Below, piece after piece: positions 49,967-61,049 of a DNA stretch of 64,000 nt. The translations under genes and the position numbers were made by a program. The DNA lies in assembly GCA_031835245.2 (NCBI GenBank), contig JAVKOQ020000014.1:310001-374000 (forward strand), written 5' to 3'. Below the pieces are notes generated by a model. The model did not search any database, was not told the DNA's origin, and was given only the letters and a program-made list of their open reading frames with translations. Source of the stretch: Balamuthia mandrillaris (taxonomy: Eukaryota). Positions within the stretch are counted from its first letter, which is position 1. Each line of letters starts with the position of its first letter.

Positions 49967-50444
49967 CTCGCCTCTGCCTTTTTTTTTTAAGTTTCTTGTA
50001 GATTGTCCCTCACGATCGTTGCATCTAAGATCATTTTGCACCAATGAAAAATCAAAAACATCATGTATTTCGTCGACAATATCCATGTCGTCATGACTTC
50101 ATATCTTCCCTCTCCCCCACGCCCCCAATCGTCGTCGTCGTGGGGGTCTGGGCAGGCCAAAACACCGTACACGCCTTTTGTTTTGGCGAGTGTGGGTCAC
50201 GTGTGCTTCGTCTCGCCACGTTCGGCGTGGAGAAGAGGGAGAGAAAGGAAGATAAGACCATTCTTCTGAAAAAAAAGGATCCGCAGTTGTCCGGCAAGTA
50301 TGTTTACCCACCTGCCGCTTACTCCTAGGGAATAACGCCTAAACCTCTTTTCCAAGAACTGTCCTGTTTTTACATTCAACTGTGCTATGGTCAAGTGCGG
50401 TCATCGCTTTCAAGAAGAAGAAAGGGTTAATTCATCTTTGCAAC

Positions 50445-50626
50445 AATAATATAAACGTTTTATTGGTTGCCTTGCGATTGAGCTGCAATCTTTCATTAGG
50501 TGGAGACCAGAAGACGGATCGCTTAACGTGGACCAAAATCAGTTAAGCGAGCTCGTGCCCTCGTGCTTTGCGGTTAAAAACACCAAGATAAAAAACCAAA
50601 AGACACTCCGGTCTTCAAACGTTCTC
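50445..50626 (+). promoter_or_regulatory. Conserved upstream element of family A, copy 1 (others at ~54665-54840 and ~58210-58352)
   Basis: AGACGGATCGC.TAA.G.G...CAAAATCAGTTAAGCG...CTCGTGCT.TGC.GTTAAAAACAC.AAGATAAA.AACCAAAGACACTCCGGTCTTCAAACGTTC is shared by three copies. Confidence 0.7.
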
Positions 50627-50690
50627 ACAACAATAAACCAACACAATCCTGGCTTACCACCTCTCTCGCAACCCTACCGTTGATCTGGCA

Positions 50691-51808
50691 ATGCACCCCC
50701 CATACAAGCTGCTGTTGTGCGCTGTCCTGCTTTGCGGCTGCCTCGCCCTGGCTCAAGGTTTGACCAATCCCTCCCTCCAAACACATCAACGCCGGAATGC
50801 CAAAACAAAGAATAAGCCAAAACGACAAATAACGACAAGCACTTGGCTGCATCTTATCTACTGTACCAACACTCACTCTTGGTTTTCTTTCTCCTTTGTT
50901 TGCCTCTCAAACCAACGCAGGATGCCGTTGCACCTTCGCCCTCAATGTGTTTGCAGAATTGGTCGCATGTGAGGAGAACACTATCGATCACTGCACCAAA
51001 GCGACCGTCAATGACGGAGAGTGCGTGCCATTCCCTGGAGAGGGTTGGAGCAGCATGTATGTGGACTGCCTCGCGCAAGTCTTCTACGCGTTTAACTCCT
51101 CCGACTGTTCCGGGGTGATGGGCAGTGCTGCTGTGGCGGACCAGTGCTCGATCAAGGCAGTGCCACAGCCGCCAGTCATAACGTTGGTCAAGTGGAACGA
51201 AGACTGTAACGGCCAGAGCGCACCCGTGAAGAACAAGCAAGAATGCGAGCCCGTGCCTGAACCTGAGGAAGGTCCGTGCTTCTTGTCCACCTTTTTTCTT
51301 GTCCTTGGTTTTTTGTAAGCTTGCTTTCCTCTTCTCTAACAACAACGTTACCTTCACAGATGAGGCCTGTTACGTCTCCACTAAAGTCAGTGGGGACTGC
51401 TCCCCTTACCAGCTGGAGAACGTGTCGTCGTGCTATGTAGAAGAGTGGTTCAATCACACTTTATGCAAGACCCTGGAAGGAGGCAGCATTCAGGTGGACT
51501 GCATCAAAAAAGTCGGGTTCATGTTTCCCTCGGACGACTGCTCCGGCCCAGGCTTCTCGTTTGCCAACGACATGTGCTCTCCGGTTCAGGACGCGATGGC
51601 ACTGAACGCCAAGTGGGGCGAGACTTGTGACGGCGAGCCAAGGGAGGTGAGCAAGGACGAGAGCGAGTCAAGCGGTACAAGCGCCAGCATGGAGGACAGT
51701 GACGACACGGAGGACGGCGAGGAGGAGAGCAGTCAAAACGACGGTTCCGAGAGCGAGGGAGATGGAAGTTCTTCTGCCTCCTCTCTTCGCTCTGACTTGC
51801 TTTGTTAA
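50691..51808 (+). CDS. Family A copy A1: secreted two-domain Cys-rich protein (exons 50691-50757, 50921-51271, 51360-51808)
   Basis: Signal peptide; two homologous Cys domains (N-x3-C...S-x2-VDC...F-x3-DCSG...D-x-C...KW-x3-C-x-G); acidic Ser-rich stalk; ends GSSSASSLRSDLLC. Confidence 0.85.
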
Positions 51809-51885
51809 AGTCTTGCTGTTTGAGTTTTAGTTTGACAAGAAAACAATTGTTTGCGACCCTAAAGAATGTATAAGTTGCATCAGTT

Positions 51886-52167
51886 TTACCGGACAACACG
51901 GAACAGTCCATGTTCTCTGGAGGAGCAACGCAGGCGTTCCGAAGCGATGGAAGACTGCCCGCTCCCAACAGTGCTTTCCAGCACCCAGCCGCTCAGGTCA
52001 ATGTCCGTGGTGGCGTCCACGTTTTGGAGCGTTACCACCTCATCCTCCAGATCCAAGGAGGAGACCCTGACCGGGGCCGAGAAGAAGAGAACGCGGTCGA
52101 CCAGGGAGCTGCCGAACAGAACCCCAACTACCCCACAAAGCAAAGCCACAAGCAACAGTCTGTTCAT
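51886..52167 (-). CDS. Truncated or frameshifted lamin-tail-domain (LTD) protein with N-terminal hydrophobic segment
   Basis: VRVSSLDLEDEVVTLQNVDATTDIDLSGWVLESTVG is the first half of an LTD; similarity is lost after that. Confidence 0.55.
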   Translation of the reverse strand: MNRLLLVALLCGVVGVLFGSSLVDRVLFFSAPVRVSSLDLEDEVVTLQNVDATTDIDLSGWVLESTVGSGQSSIASERLRCSSREHGLFRVVR

Positions 52168-52347
52168 TGCACTGTTTTTTGTCTTATAAAAATAATTTAT
52201 TTATTTTTCTTTTATTTTAATTCCTGGAAAAATTTCGTTTTAATTGGAAAAAATTTACTCCTTTTTTTGACAATTATTTGGAAAAATCTGATTATTTTCA
52301 ATTATTCCGATGAAAAATCATAACAAGATAACGAAAGCAAGAACAAG

Positions 52348-54453
52348 ATGGAGGAAAACGAGGAGGAGAGCATCCGCTCGTTGGTCATGGCGTTGCGGGA
52401 GGAAGTCAAATCCTTGGCGGCTCTCATCACGCGAAAACGCGCTTTGGAGGAAGGCACACATTCTGGAACCGTCAGATCGTCGTCCGCCGTCTGTTCTTCT
52501 CCAACTGCACCGCCTTCTTCGCTACGGCCCACAAAGAGGAGCAAACGCTCTTTCTCCCTTTCGCCTGTCGACAATGACGCGACAACGACTGGTGGGCAGT
52601 CATCCGTCGCCGGAGCGAAGGAACAAGAATTCGAACCATCCTCAACTTCCGCAGTCGAACCAAGCGGATGGGGCGGCCTGCCGGACGAGCTTATGACGTG
52701 CTTATTCTCTGCCATGGATCCCCTCTTCGTGGCCATTGCAGCCAGGACCTGCCGTTCCTGGTTTGTCTGCGCGCCGCCAGGTCTGAAGAATCAACTTCGC
52801 CAACTGGCGGTAGCGAAAAGCGGATCGTTGGCTCTTTTGCAATGGGCAGTGGCCAACGGATGCCCTTTGGATGCGAGCCTATCTGCCAGCCTTGCATTGG
52901 AGGGCCAGTTAGAGCTGCTGAAGTGGGCGCGATGGAATGGCTGTAAGTGGGACAGGTGGACGTGCTGTTATGCCGCTCAAGCAGGGCATTTGGAGGTGCT
53001 TCGCTGGGCGAGGAAGAATGGGTGCTCTTGGAATGAGGAATGTTGTGAGTTGGCAGCTCGTAACGGACACTTGGAAGTGGTAAAATGGCTCCGCGGCCAC
53101 GGTTGCCATTGGGATGAGAGGACCACGCAGGCAGCTGCTTCAAGTGGTCATTTCGACTTGTTTCGTTGGGCCGTGGCGCATGGTTGTCCCTGCTACGTGG
53201 ACGATCTCTCCTCCGTTGTAGCAAGGCGAGGAGAGAATGAATTGTTAGTTTTGGCGGCTCGTGAAGGACACGTCTCTCCAGAAGGGGCGGACAGAGTCTG
53301 TGCTTACTTTGCAAGGACTGGAGACCTTGAATTGCTTCGCTGGGCAAGAGACCAGGGCTTCCCTTGGACAGAGGAGGTGTGCTCTACAGCAGCCAGAAGC
53401 AAGCACTTGGACCTGCTCAAATGGGCAAGGGAGAATGGTTGCCCTTGGGAAGACCAGCGTATGAGGGAGAGTGCAGTACAAGGAGGGTTGGACGTGTTGA
53501 CGTTTGTGATTGGGGAAGGTGTGGCCTTGGCCGGAGACCCCTGTGTATGCACCCTGGCAGCACGCCATGGAAGTTTGGAGATGGTGCAATGGGCAAAGGA
53601 GAATGGATGCCCTTGGGACGCCAAGTTCATGGCCGAAGCAACCAAGACCGATCATTTGGAAATCGTGGAGTGGGCAAGAGAAAACGGGTGTCCTTGGGAT
53701 AGCCGAGCCATGATGAATGCAGCTATATGGGGAGACTTGAAGAGGTGTCAATGGTTGAAGCAGCATGGCTGCCCGTGGAGCGCAGAGACAACTAAAATGG
53801 CTGCTTCAAAAGGCGATCTGCGACTCTTGCAGTGGGCTCAAGAGCATGGCTGTCCTTGGGACATCAGGACCTCTATAGCAGCTGCTGATGGTGGGCACTT
53901 GCAAGTGTTGCAATGGGCTATCAAGAACGGATGTCCGTGGAACGCTCAAGAGATTTGTGATGCTGCAGCAAGCTCAGGACAGGTAGAAGTGCTGCGTTGG
54001 GTTTTAGAAGAGTTGCACTGCGAATGGGAACCAAGATGGATGGAAACCTCGTCATCCTTTTGTGCGATGGAACTTTCCCCAAAGCAATTGATGGAACTGG
54101 TAACGTTGACTAGAAAGGCAGGAGCACCTTGGTCTGCTGGCATGTTCACGCAGGCAGCAACGGAAGGGTATGTTGAGGTCCTGCGATGGTTGCGCAAGAA
54201 AGGTTGTCCCTGGGATGAAACCACTTGTGCTGCTGCGGCAATTGCAGGTCACTTGGATGCGCTGAAATGGTTGCATGAGCATGGCTGTCCTTGGGATGGC
54301 CGCACCTTCAAGCACGCCATTGAAATGCGCCAGCTGGAGATGGCACATTGGTTACTGATCCAGCGATGCCCCCTCCCTCGAAGGGGCGGTGTGAACGTGC
54401 CCATTGACACTGAAATGGAGAGGTTTGTGACACACTTCAAGCTGCTACAATAA
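52348..54453 (+). CDS. Intronless F-box + GCPW-type ankyrin-like repeat protein (701 aa)
   Basis: WGGLPDELMTCLF...AARTCRSWF followed by many AAxxGHLEVLxWxxxxGCPW repeats. Confidence 0.92.
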   Translation: MEENEEESIRSLVMALREEVKSLAALITRKRALEEGTHSGTVRSSSAVCSSPTAPPSSLRPTKRSKRSFSLSPVDNDATTTGGQSSVAGAKEQEFEPSSTSAVEPSGWGGLPDELMTCLFSAMDPLFVAIAARTCRSWFVCAPPGLKNQLRQLAVAKSGSLALLQWAVANGCPLDASLSASLALEGQLELLKWARWNGCKWDRWTCCYAAQAGHLEVLRWARKNGCSWNEECCELAARNGHLEVVKWLRGHGCHWDERTTQAAASSGHFDLFRWAVAHGCPCYVDDLSSVVARRGENELLVLAAREGHVSPEGADRVCAYFARTGDLELLRWARDQGFPWTEEVCSTAARSKHLDLLKWARENGCPWEDQRMRESAVQGGLDVLTFVIGEGVALAGDPCVCTLAARHGSLEMVQWAKENGCPWDAKFMAEATKTDHLEIVEWARENGCPWDSRAMMNAAIWGDLKRCQWLKQHGCPWSAETTKMAASKGDLRLLQWAQEHGCPWDIRTSIAAADGGHLQVLQWAIKNGCPWNAQEICDAAASSGQVEVLRWVLEELHCEWEPRWMETSSSFCAMELSPKQLMELVTLTRKAGAPWSAGMFTQAATEGYVEVLRWLRKKGCPWDETTCAAAAIAGHLDALKWLHEHGCPWDGRTFKHAIEMRQLEMAHWLLIQRCPLPRRGGVNVPIDTEMERFVTHFKLLQ

Positions 54454-54893
54454 GTTTTTCTGTTACACCTTTGCTTGACTTAAAGAAGCCTCGTTGAAGG
54501 CCCCTTCAAACAACTCCTCGAAAAGAAAAGCAAACCCGATGATAGTGTATGGAACCCATTTGAAGACTTCGTAGAGCAAGAACACTATCATCCACTCATC
54601 TTCTAGACACCACTTGCCCTAGAGTCGTTTTCGCAGAAGTCCTGCGGGGTCGTCGCTTAACTATAATAATTAAGTTATATTGGTTACCTTGTGATTGCGG
54701 TGCAATCTTTAATTCTGGCGTAGTCTTGTAGACGGATCGCGTAACGCGAAACAAAATCAGTTAAGCGGGATTGTTCTCGTGCTCTGCGGTTAAAAACACA
54801 AAGATAAAAAACCAAAGACACTCCGGTCTTCAAACGTTCACGAAAACGACAAACTAACGCGACCACCCCTTGAAACCAGACAGAACTGCTTCC

Positions 54894-55967
54894 ATGGCCA
54901 TGAACCAGTCTTATTTGTTGCTGTGCGCTGTCCTGCTTTGCGGCTTCGTCGCCCTGGCTCAAGGTCATACAAATCCCTCTCCCGCCTCCAAACAAACACT
55001 GAAACTACATACCCACTTTGTGTTTTGCGTTTCCTTTCACGATTATATCTATCACAGGATGCCGTTGCACCTTCGCCATCACCGGGTACGCGAACTTGAC
55101 AGGTTCATGCGCCCCTGAGGACACGGAAGGCCAATGCACAAAAACGACCGCCAATGAAGGCGAATGCATGCCATTCCCTGGTTTTGGTTGGGGTAGCATG
55201 TACGTGGACTGTCTTGGGCAACGCTATCACGTTTTTAACTCCTCCGACTGTTCCGGGCATGTGGGTAACGTTTTTACTGCAGACCAGTGCTTGGCTTCCC
55301 CTGGTCCACAAGGGTTAGCACTATCGTTGGTCAAGTGGAACGAAGATTGTAACGGCGAGCCTGTGCCCATGCAGAACAAGAAAGAATGTGAGCCTGTGCC
55401 CGAGCCAGAGGAAGGTCCGTGCTTCTTAGCGCTTCGTTATTGCCCACCTTCTTTCTTGCTTTTTTTTTAACTTCCATGATATTTTTTTAAACTCTGTTTT
55501 CTTCTCAATGTTGTCCAACGTTGCATACAGATGAAAAGTGCTTCTTCTCCTTGACAACCAGCAGCGACTGCTCTCCTTTCCCGTTATCTCTCTGTATGGG
55601 CGAAGGATGGCTCAATCACAATGAATGCTTCAACATCGAGGAAGGCAGCCTGAAGATAGACTGCATCAACCACGTTGGTGTGCTCTTCCCCGTGATCAAT
55701 TGCACCGGCGCGGGCTTCCCGTTTGCCAACGACATGTGTTCTCCGATTCACGAAGGGAGGGCACTGAACGGCAGGTGGGGCAAGACATGTGACGACGAGC
55801 CAGTGGAAGCAAGCGATTCCAAGGAGGAGAGCGAGCCAAGTGACGAAAGCGATGACATGGAGGACAGTGAGTCAAGTGATGAGGAGAGCAGTCAAAACGA
55901 CGGTTCAGAGAGCGAGGGAGATGGAAGTTCTTCTGCTTCCTCTCTTCGCTTTGACTTGTTTTGTTAA
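54894..55967 (+). CDS. Family A copy A2
   Basis: Same 3-exon structure and Cys pattern as A1; ends GSSSASSLRFDLFC. Confidence 0.85.
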
Positions 55968-56527
55968 AAGCACGTTGGTGGGAGGGTGGTTGATGACAAT
56001 CAAGTTTACAAATTACTGCATCACAAGTATAATATATGCTTGACCCGTGTCCGCCTTCTTTTCTTTGTCACCTCTTCCTCCTCATCGCAGTCACACCTTG
56101 CGTTTCCATTTCTTGTCTAGTTGGCGCAAGTCATACTCCGTTCTGCAGCTGGGCTTCAGCCTCACGCTAAGTACCTCCTGGTGGAGCCGCATTTGGCAAC
56201 GTGTCCATGGACCCCATCTCGCTAGTCATTTTCCCTCGCCTCCTCGCACTCCTCGCACTACTCGATCTCTCCTCTCTTCTCTCTCCTCTCTCTGCCCTCT
56301 GCTCTCTCTCTCCTCTCTCATCTCGCCTCTCATCTCATTCTGTCATCTCCTCACCTTCTTGGTTGTCTCTCATTCTCCCGTTTTCACGTCTTTTGTTTTC
56401 TTGTTAGTGCCGAGCAAAGCGGTAGAACCTTTGCGCTTATGAGGAGGGTGAAGGCAACTGGAAAAGATACAAAAGCCAGGCAGAACAAATGCGCTGCCCT
56501 CTGTGATCCCTAACACGAGTATTGAGT

Positions 56528-56558
<31 letters not shown>

Positions 56559-57075
56559 AGAGAAAGGGAGAGCAAGACGAGAGTAGTAGACGGAGGGTGA
56601 GGGTTTGGAAGAAATTCAAACCCTATGCAATCTCCTGTCAGTCACGCTGTCTCTTCTCTCAGTGGGCGCGATGGAATGGCTGTAATTTGGACAGGAGGAC
56701 GTGCCATTAAGCAACCCAAGGTGCTTGGTTGTTGTGAACATGGCTTGCTTGGTCTTGGAAGTGTCCGGTTCTGATGCTTGCACTGGCTCTCCCGAAAGCT
56801 TGGATGAGATGAGCGAAGCCAGGAGGAGGCCGTTGGCACGTTGGAGCTTCCTGGGGCACGGTTGGTTCTTCTTCTCGCCGCCACCACAGCCCCCTCGTGC
56901 GCCCCAAAGGCGAAAGGCAACCATGAACCGCTTTATTTCCTTCTGCGCCGTCAGTACCGTGGAGTATCGTTGAAGACAGATGAAACTTGAGCACGAAAGG
57001 AGGAAGCTTTATTCACCCGCTCCAAAATATTAAATCTCAGCACTGGTTGCAATTAGTTTCGCTTGTTGTAATCTG

Positions 57076-57430
57076 TTAGAAGAACAAACATTCAGCCAGC
57101 TTGGCAGCAGAGGAACCATCGCCACCATCCAGGTCATCGCTACCATCGACGCAATCGCCTCCGTCAACGCCATCGCCGGGGTCAGGGCTGCCAGTGCATT
57201 TGGAATCATCAGCGCTAGCACCTTCGCACTGGGCCTGGAACGTGTCGAAGCCACAGCCCCCCAGCAGTTTACCAAGGGGCTGCCATAGCAGTTGCAAACG
57301 GCCACTAAGTAAAGGCCAGCGTTCTGGGCACACGTGGTGAGCTGCATGCCACATGAACGGATTTCGAGACACTGCCCTGGCGAGCATCCACTGGGAAGGC
57401 CAGGGGCACCAGCAAGATTTCTACTGGCGA
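57076..57430 (-). pseudogene. Family B copy B1 (pseudogene)
   Basis: Aligns to B2 with two 1-nt frameshifts and no start codon; retains DGGD repeats and ends GSSAAKLAECLFF. Confidence 0.8.
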
Positions 57431-57959
57431 AATATTTGGGCGTATATGCAACGGCTAAACGTGGGTATATCTGGCCGGATTTCCGGAGAAAAGCTCACTT
57501 ATCAGCGAGTGTGACATGAGTTTTTTGACAGTACAGTAAATGTTTAGCTCAAGCTGTGCTTCAACTATCAACTTTTATAGTGTTTTTTATGGTGGGAAAC
57601 AAAGTGAGAATGCCACAAATATTTGAATGACAACAAGAACAACAATATCCATAAGAATGAGAACGAAAACAAAAACAAGAATAAGAACAAGAACAAAAAC
57701 AAGAACAACAACAAGAATGAGAGCAAGAACAAGAGTGAGAACAAGAAGGAAAATAAGAGCAAGAATGACAAAAGAGAAACCAGAAGGGGAACACAAGGAA
57801 GAGCGCCAGTAAGGGTGAACACTGAGAGAGTGATGGAGAACCAGGAGGAGCACTGCTCATAGCTGTCATTTTCGCTCTCTGCAGTTTCAATGTTGTTTCT
57901 CTCTTTGTTTTTAATGACTTAACGCTTTTTGTTGTTAATATCTTCAAATAATAAACCCC

Positions 57960-58095
57960 AGCTGATGGAAGTGCTATTGCATTCTTCTGTGTGAGGCCGA
58001 ACCCTCTATGTATTTGCTTCTTTTGGAGCGGTGGTACAGTACCCCTTTGTTTCTGTCGCCTCACACAGAAGAATGCAATAGCACTTCCATCAGCT
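57960..58095. repeat. Perfect 38-bp inverted repeat with 60-nt spacer
   Basis: AGCTGATGGAAGTGCTATTGCATTCTTCTGTGTGAGGC (57960-57997) and its exact reverse complement (58058-58095). Confidence 0.95.
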
Positions 58096-58403
58096 CCACA
58101 CGGGTTGGCGTTGTGGTAAAATAGAAGTCTGTTTTCGCAGAAGTCCTGTGCGGTCGTTATGCTGCTTTAAAGTGGCGTGAAGCAGTAATTCATTTGAGAT
58201 AATGCAAATGCAATCTATTAATTATAGTGGAGTCCTGTAGACGGATCGCTTAATGCGTACCAAAATCAGTTAAGCGGGCTCGTGCCCTCGTGCTCTGCAG
58301 TTAAAAACACAAAGATAAACAACCAAAGACACTCCGGTCTTCAAACGTTCTCAAACCAATAAACCAACAAGACCACCCCTTGAAACCAGACAGAACTGCT
58401 TCC

Positions 58404-59471
58404 ATGGCCATGAACCAGTCTTATTTGATGTTTTGCGCTGTCCTGCTTTGCGGCTTCGTCGCCCTGGCTCAAGGTTACGCAGACCCCAGTCAATCCCTCT
58501 TCCGCCTCCAGACACTACAGACTCACTTTGCTTTTCCTTTCGTTTGTATCTCATACCGACACAGGATGCAGTTGCACCTTCGCGGTCAACGTGTACATGA
58601 ACCTGACAGGTTCATGCGCCCCTGAGGAGACTGTTGACCAATGCACACAAACGACCGCCAATGAAGGCGAATGCATGCCATTCCCTGGTTTTGGTTGGGG
58701 TAGCATGTACGTGGACTGTCTTGGGCAACGCTACCACGTTTTTAACTCCTCCGACTGTTCCGGCCATGTGGGTACCGTTGTCACTGCAGACCAGTGCTTG
58801 GTTTCCCCTAGTCCACAAGGGTTAGCACTATCGTTGGTCAAGTGGAACGAAGATTGTAATGGCGAAACAGTGCCCATGCAGAACGAGCAGGAATGTGAGC
58901 CTGCACCCGAGCCAGAGGAAGGTCCGTGCTTCTTAGCGCTTCGTTATTGCCCACCTTCTTTCTTTTTTTTTTTTTTTTTGTTGTTGTTGTGGTCTGTTTT
59001 CTTAATGTTTTTTCAACGTTGCATACAGATGAAAAGTGCTTCTTCTCCTTGACAATTGGCAGCGACTGCTCTCCTTCCCAGTTTTATGACTGCCTGGGCG
59101 AAGGATGGCTCAATCACAATGAATGCATTCTCTCCGTCTTTGGGGGAGGCAGCATGACGGTAGACTGCATCAACCACGTCGGTTTGCTCTTCCCCGCGAG
59201 CAACTGCACCGGTCCGGCCTTACCGTTTGCCAACGACATGTGTTCTCCGATTCAGGGAGGGATGGTACTGAACGGCAGGTGGGGCAAGACATGTGACGGC
59301 GAGCCAGTGGAAGCAAGCGATTCCAAGGAGGAGAGCGAGCCAAGTGACGAAAGCGATGACATGGAGGACAGTGAGTCAAGTGATGAGGAGAGCAGTCAAA
59401 ACGACGGTTCAGAGAGCGAGGGAGATGGAAGTTCTTCTGCTTCCTCTCTTCGCTTTGACTTGTTTTGTTAA
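58404..59471 (+). CDS. Family A copy A3
   Basis: Close paralogue of A2 with the same exon structure; ends GSSSASSLRFDLFC. Confidence 0.85.
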
Positions 59472-60332
59472 AAGCACGTTGGTGGGAGGGTGGTTGATGA
59501 CATTCAAGTTTACAAATTACTGCATCACAAGTATAATATATGCTTGACCCGTGTCCGCCTTCTTTTCTTTGCCACATCTGCCTCCTCATCGCAGACACAC
59601 CTTGCTGTTCCATTTCTTGTCCTACTCCGTCCTGCAGCTGGGCTTCAGCCTCAAGCTGTGTGCAGAGAACCTCCTGGTGGAGCCGCATTTGGCTGGCAAC
59701 GAGTCCATGAACCCCATCGAGCGATTTTGGCACGTGTTCGCCGCCAGGAGGAAGGCTGAGATGTGTAATGCAGAGCTGCGCCGCGTGATGACCAACCTAT
59801 CGCTCTCCTCTCCTCTCTCCTCTTCTTCTCTGCCCTCTCTTTGCTCTCTACCCTCTGCTGTCGCTGCTCGCTCCTCTCTCTGCTATCTCTCTCCTCTTCT
59901 CTCATCTCGCGTCTCGCTTCTCGCCTCTCATCTCTCATTCTGCCATCTCCTAACTTTTGGCTCGGCGAAAACAAGAAAACAACAGACTAGTCCAGTGAAT
60001 GAGAGCTGATTGACAACGGGCGTACCTTTAACTTAGGCTTATCAAGGAGGTAGCCCGAAAAGAAATGAGAGCCAGGTTCAGAGGAGAGAGAGAGAGAGAA
60101 GGAGAGAGAGAGAGAAAAAAACTGAGGGTGAGAGTGTGAACTTATGGAAGAAATTCAAACCCTAAGTATTCGCGAGCAATGTCCTGTCGGTCATGCTGTT
60201 TCTTCTCTCCACACCGACGGATGACAGTTGGAAGAGGAAAATCGAAACTTAAGAATGAACGGAGGAAGCTTTATTCACCCGCTCCAAAATAAAAGATCGT
60301 CAGTGGTTGTGAGTTGGGCTTGTGGTAGGCTT

Positions 60333-60746
60333 TTAGAAGAACAAACAAGCAGCCAGTTTGGCAGCAGCGGAACCATCGCCGCCATCGACATCATCGAGGC
60401 TATCGCTACCGTCGACGCCATCGCCACCGTCGACGCCATCGCCACCATCCACGCCATCCCCGCCGTCGACGCCATCGCCAGGTTCAGAGCTGGCAGAGCA
60501 TTTGGAATCATCAGCGCAAATAGTTTCGCACTGGGTCTTGAACGTGCTGAAGCTACAGCCTCCCAAGCAGGTGATCAAGGTGCTGTAGCAGTTGCAAGCG
60601 GCCACCATGTTGGCCCCAGAATTCGCTACACACATGGTGACCTGCATGCCACATTGGTGGATGGTCATGGCACAGTCCTGGCGAGCATCCACTGCAAAGG
60701 CCAGAGCCAGCAGCAAGGTCACAGCAAGGAAGTAATGAGTCCTCAT
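60333..60746 (-). CDS. Family B copy B2: intronless secreted 10-Cys protein with (DGVDGG)n stalk
   Basis: Signal peptide MRTHYFLAVTLLLALAFAVDA; Cys spacing C-x6-C-x6-C-x11-C-x-C-x6-C-x3-C-x8-C-x3-C-x5-C; 18-bp tandem repeat; ends GSAAAKLAACLFF. Confidence 0.85.
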   Translation of the reverse strand: MRTHYFLAVTLLLALAFAVDARQDCAMTIHQCGMQVTMCVANSGANMVAACNCYSTLITCLGGCSFSTFKTQCETICADDSKCSASSEPGDGVDGGDGVDGGDGVDGGDGVDGSDSLDDVDGGDGSAAAKLAACLFF

Positions 60747-61049
60747 TGTAAGATGAATGCAGGTTTAGATTGACTTTAGTTGATTTTGTTTGTCGGTGAG
60801 GAATGAAATTGTCAGCCATACGAGTGCCTTAAATATGGAGAGCCTGCCAGAGAATTCCGAGGCCTTTGGGAAAAGATGTCGATTTATGAACTGTTCTGGT
60901 TTTTATGCGAAAAACAGGAACAGTTCCACAGAACAACGAAAAAAAAGATTCCTGAGAACTTTTCCATTATTTTTTTTTAATAGGAGGTCTTATTGTTCGA
61001 AGAGACGCCACTACTAGATCTGTTGAAAAAAAAAATTCAAACCTCCAAT

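Noticed and set aside
50550..50575. CCCTCGT as an HDV-like ribozyme L3 loop in the family A upstream element
   Set aside because: Flanking bases do not form P3 or P1.
60370..60480. 18-bp tandem repeats as a CRISPR-like array
   Set aside because: There are no unique spacers; the repeats encode the in-frame DGVDGG stalk of B2.
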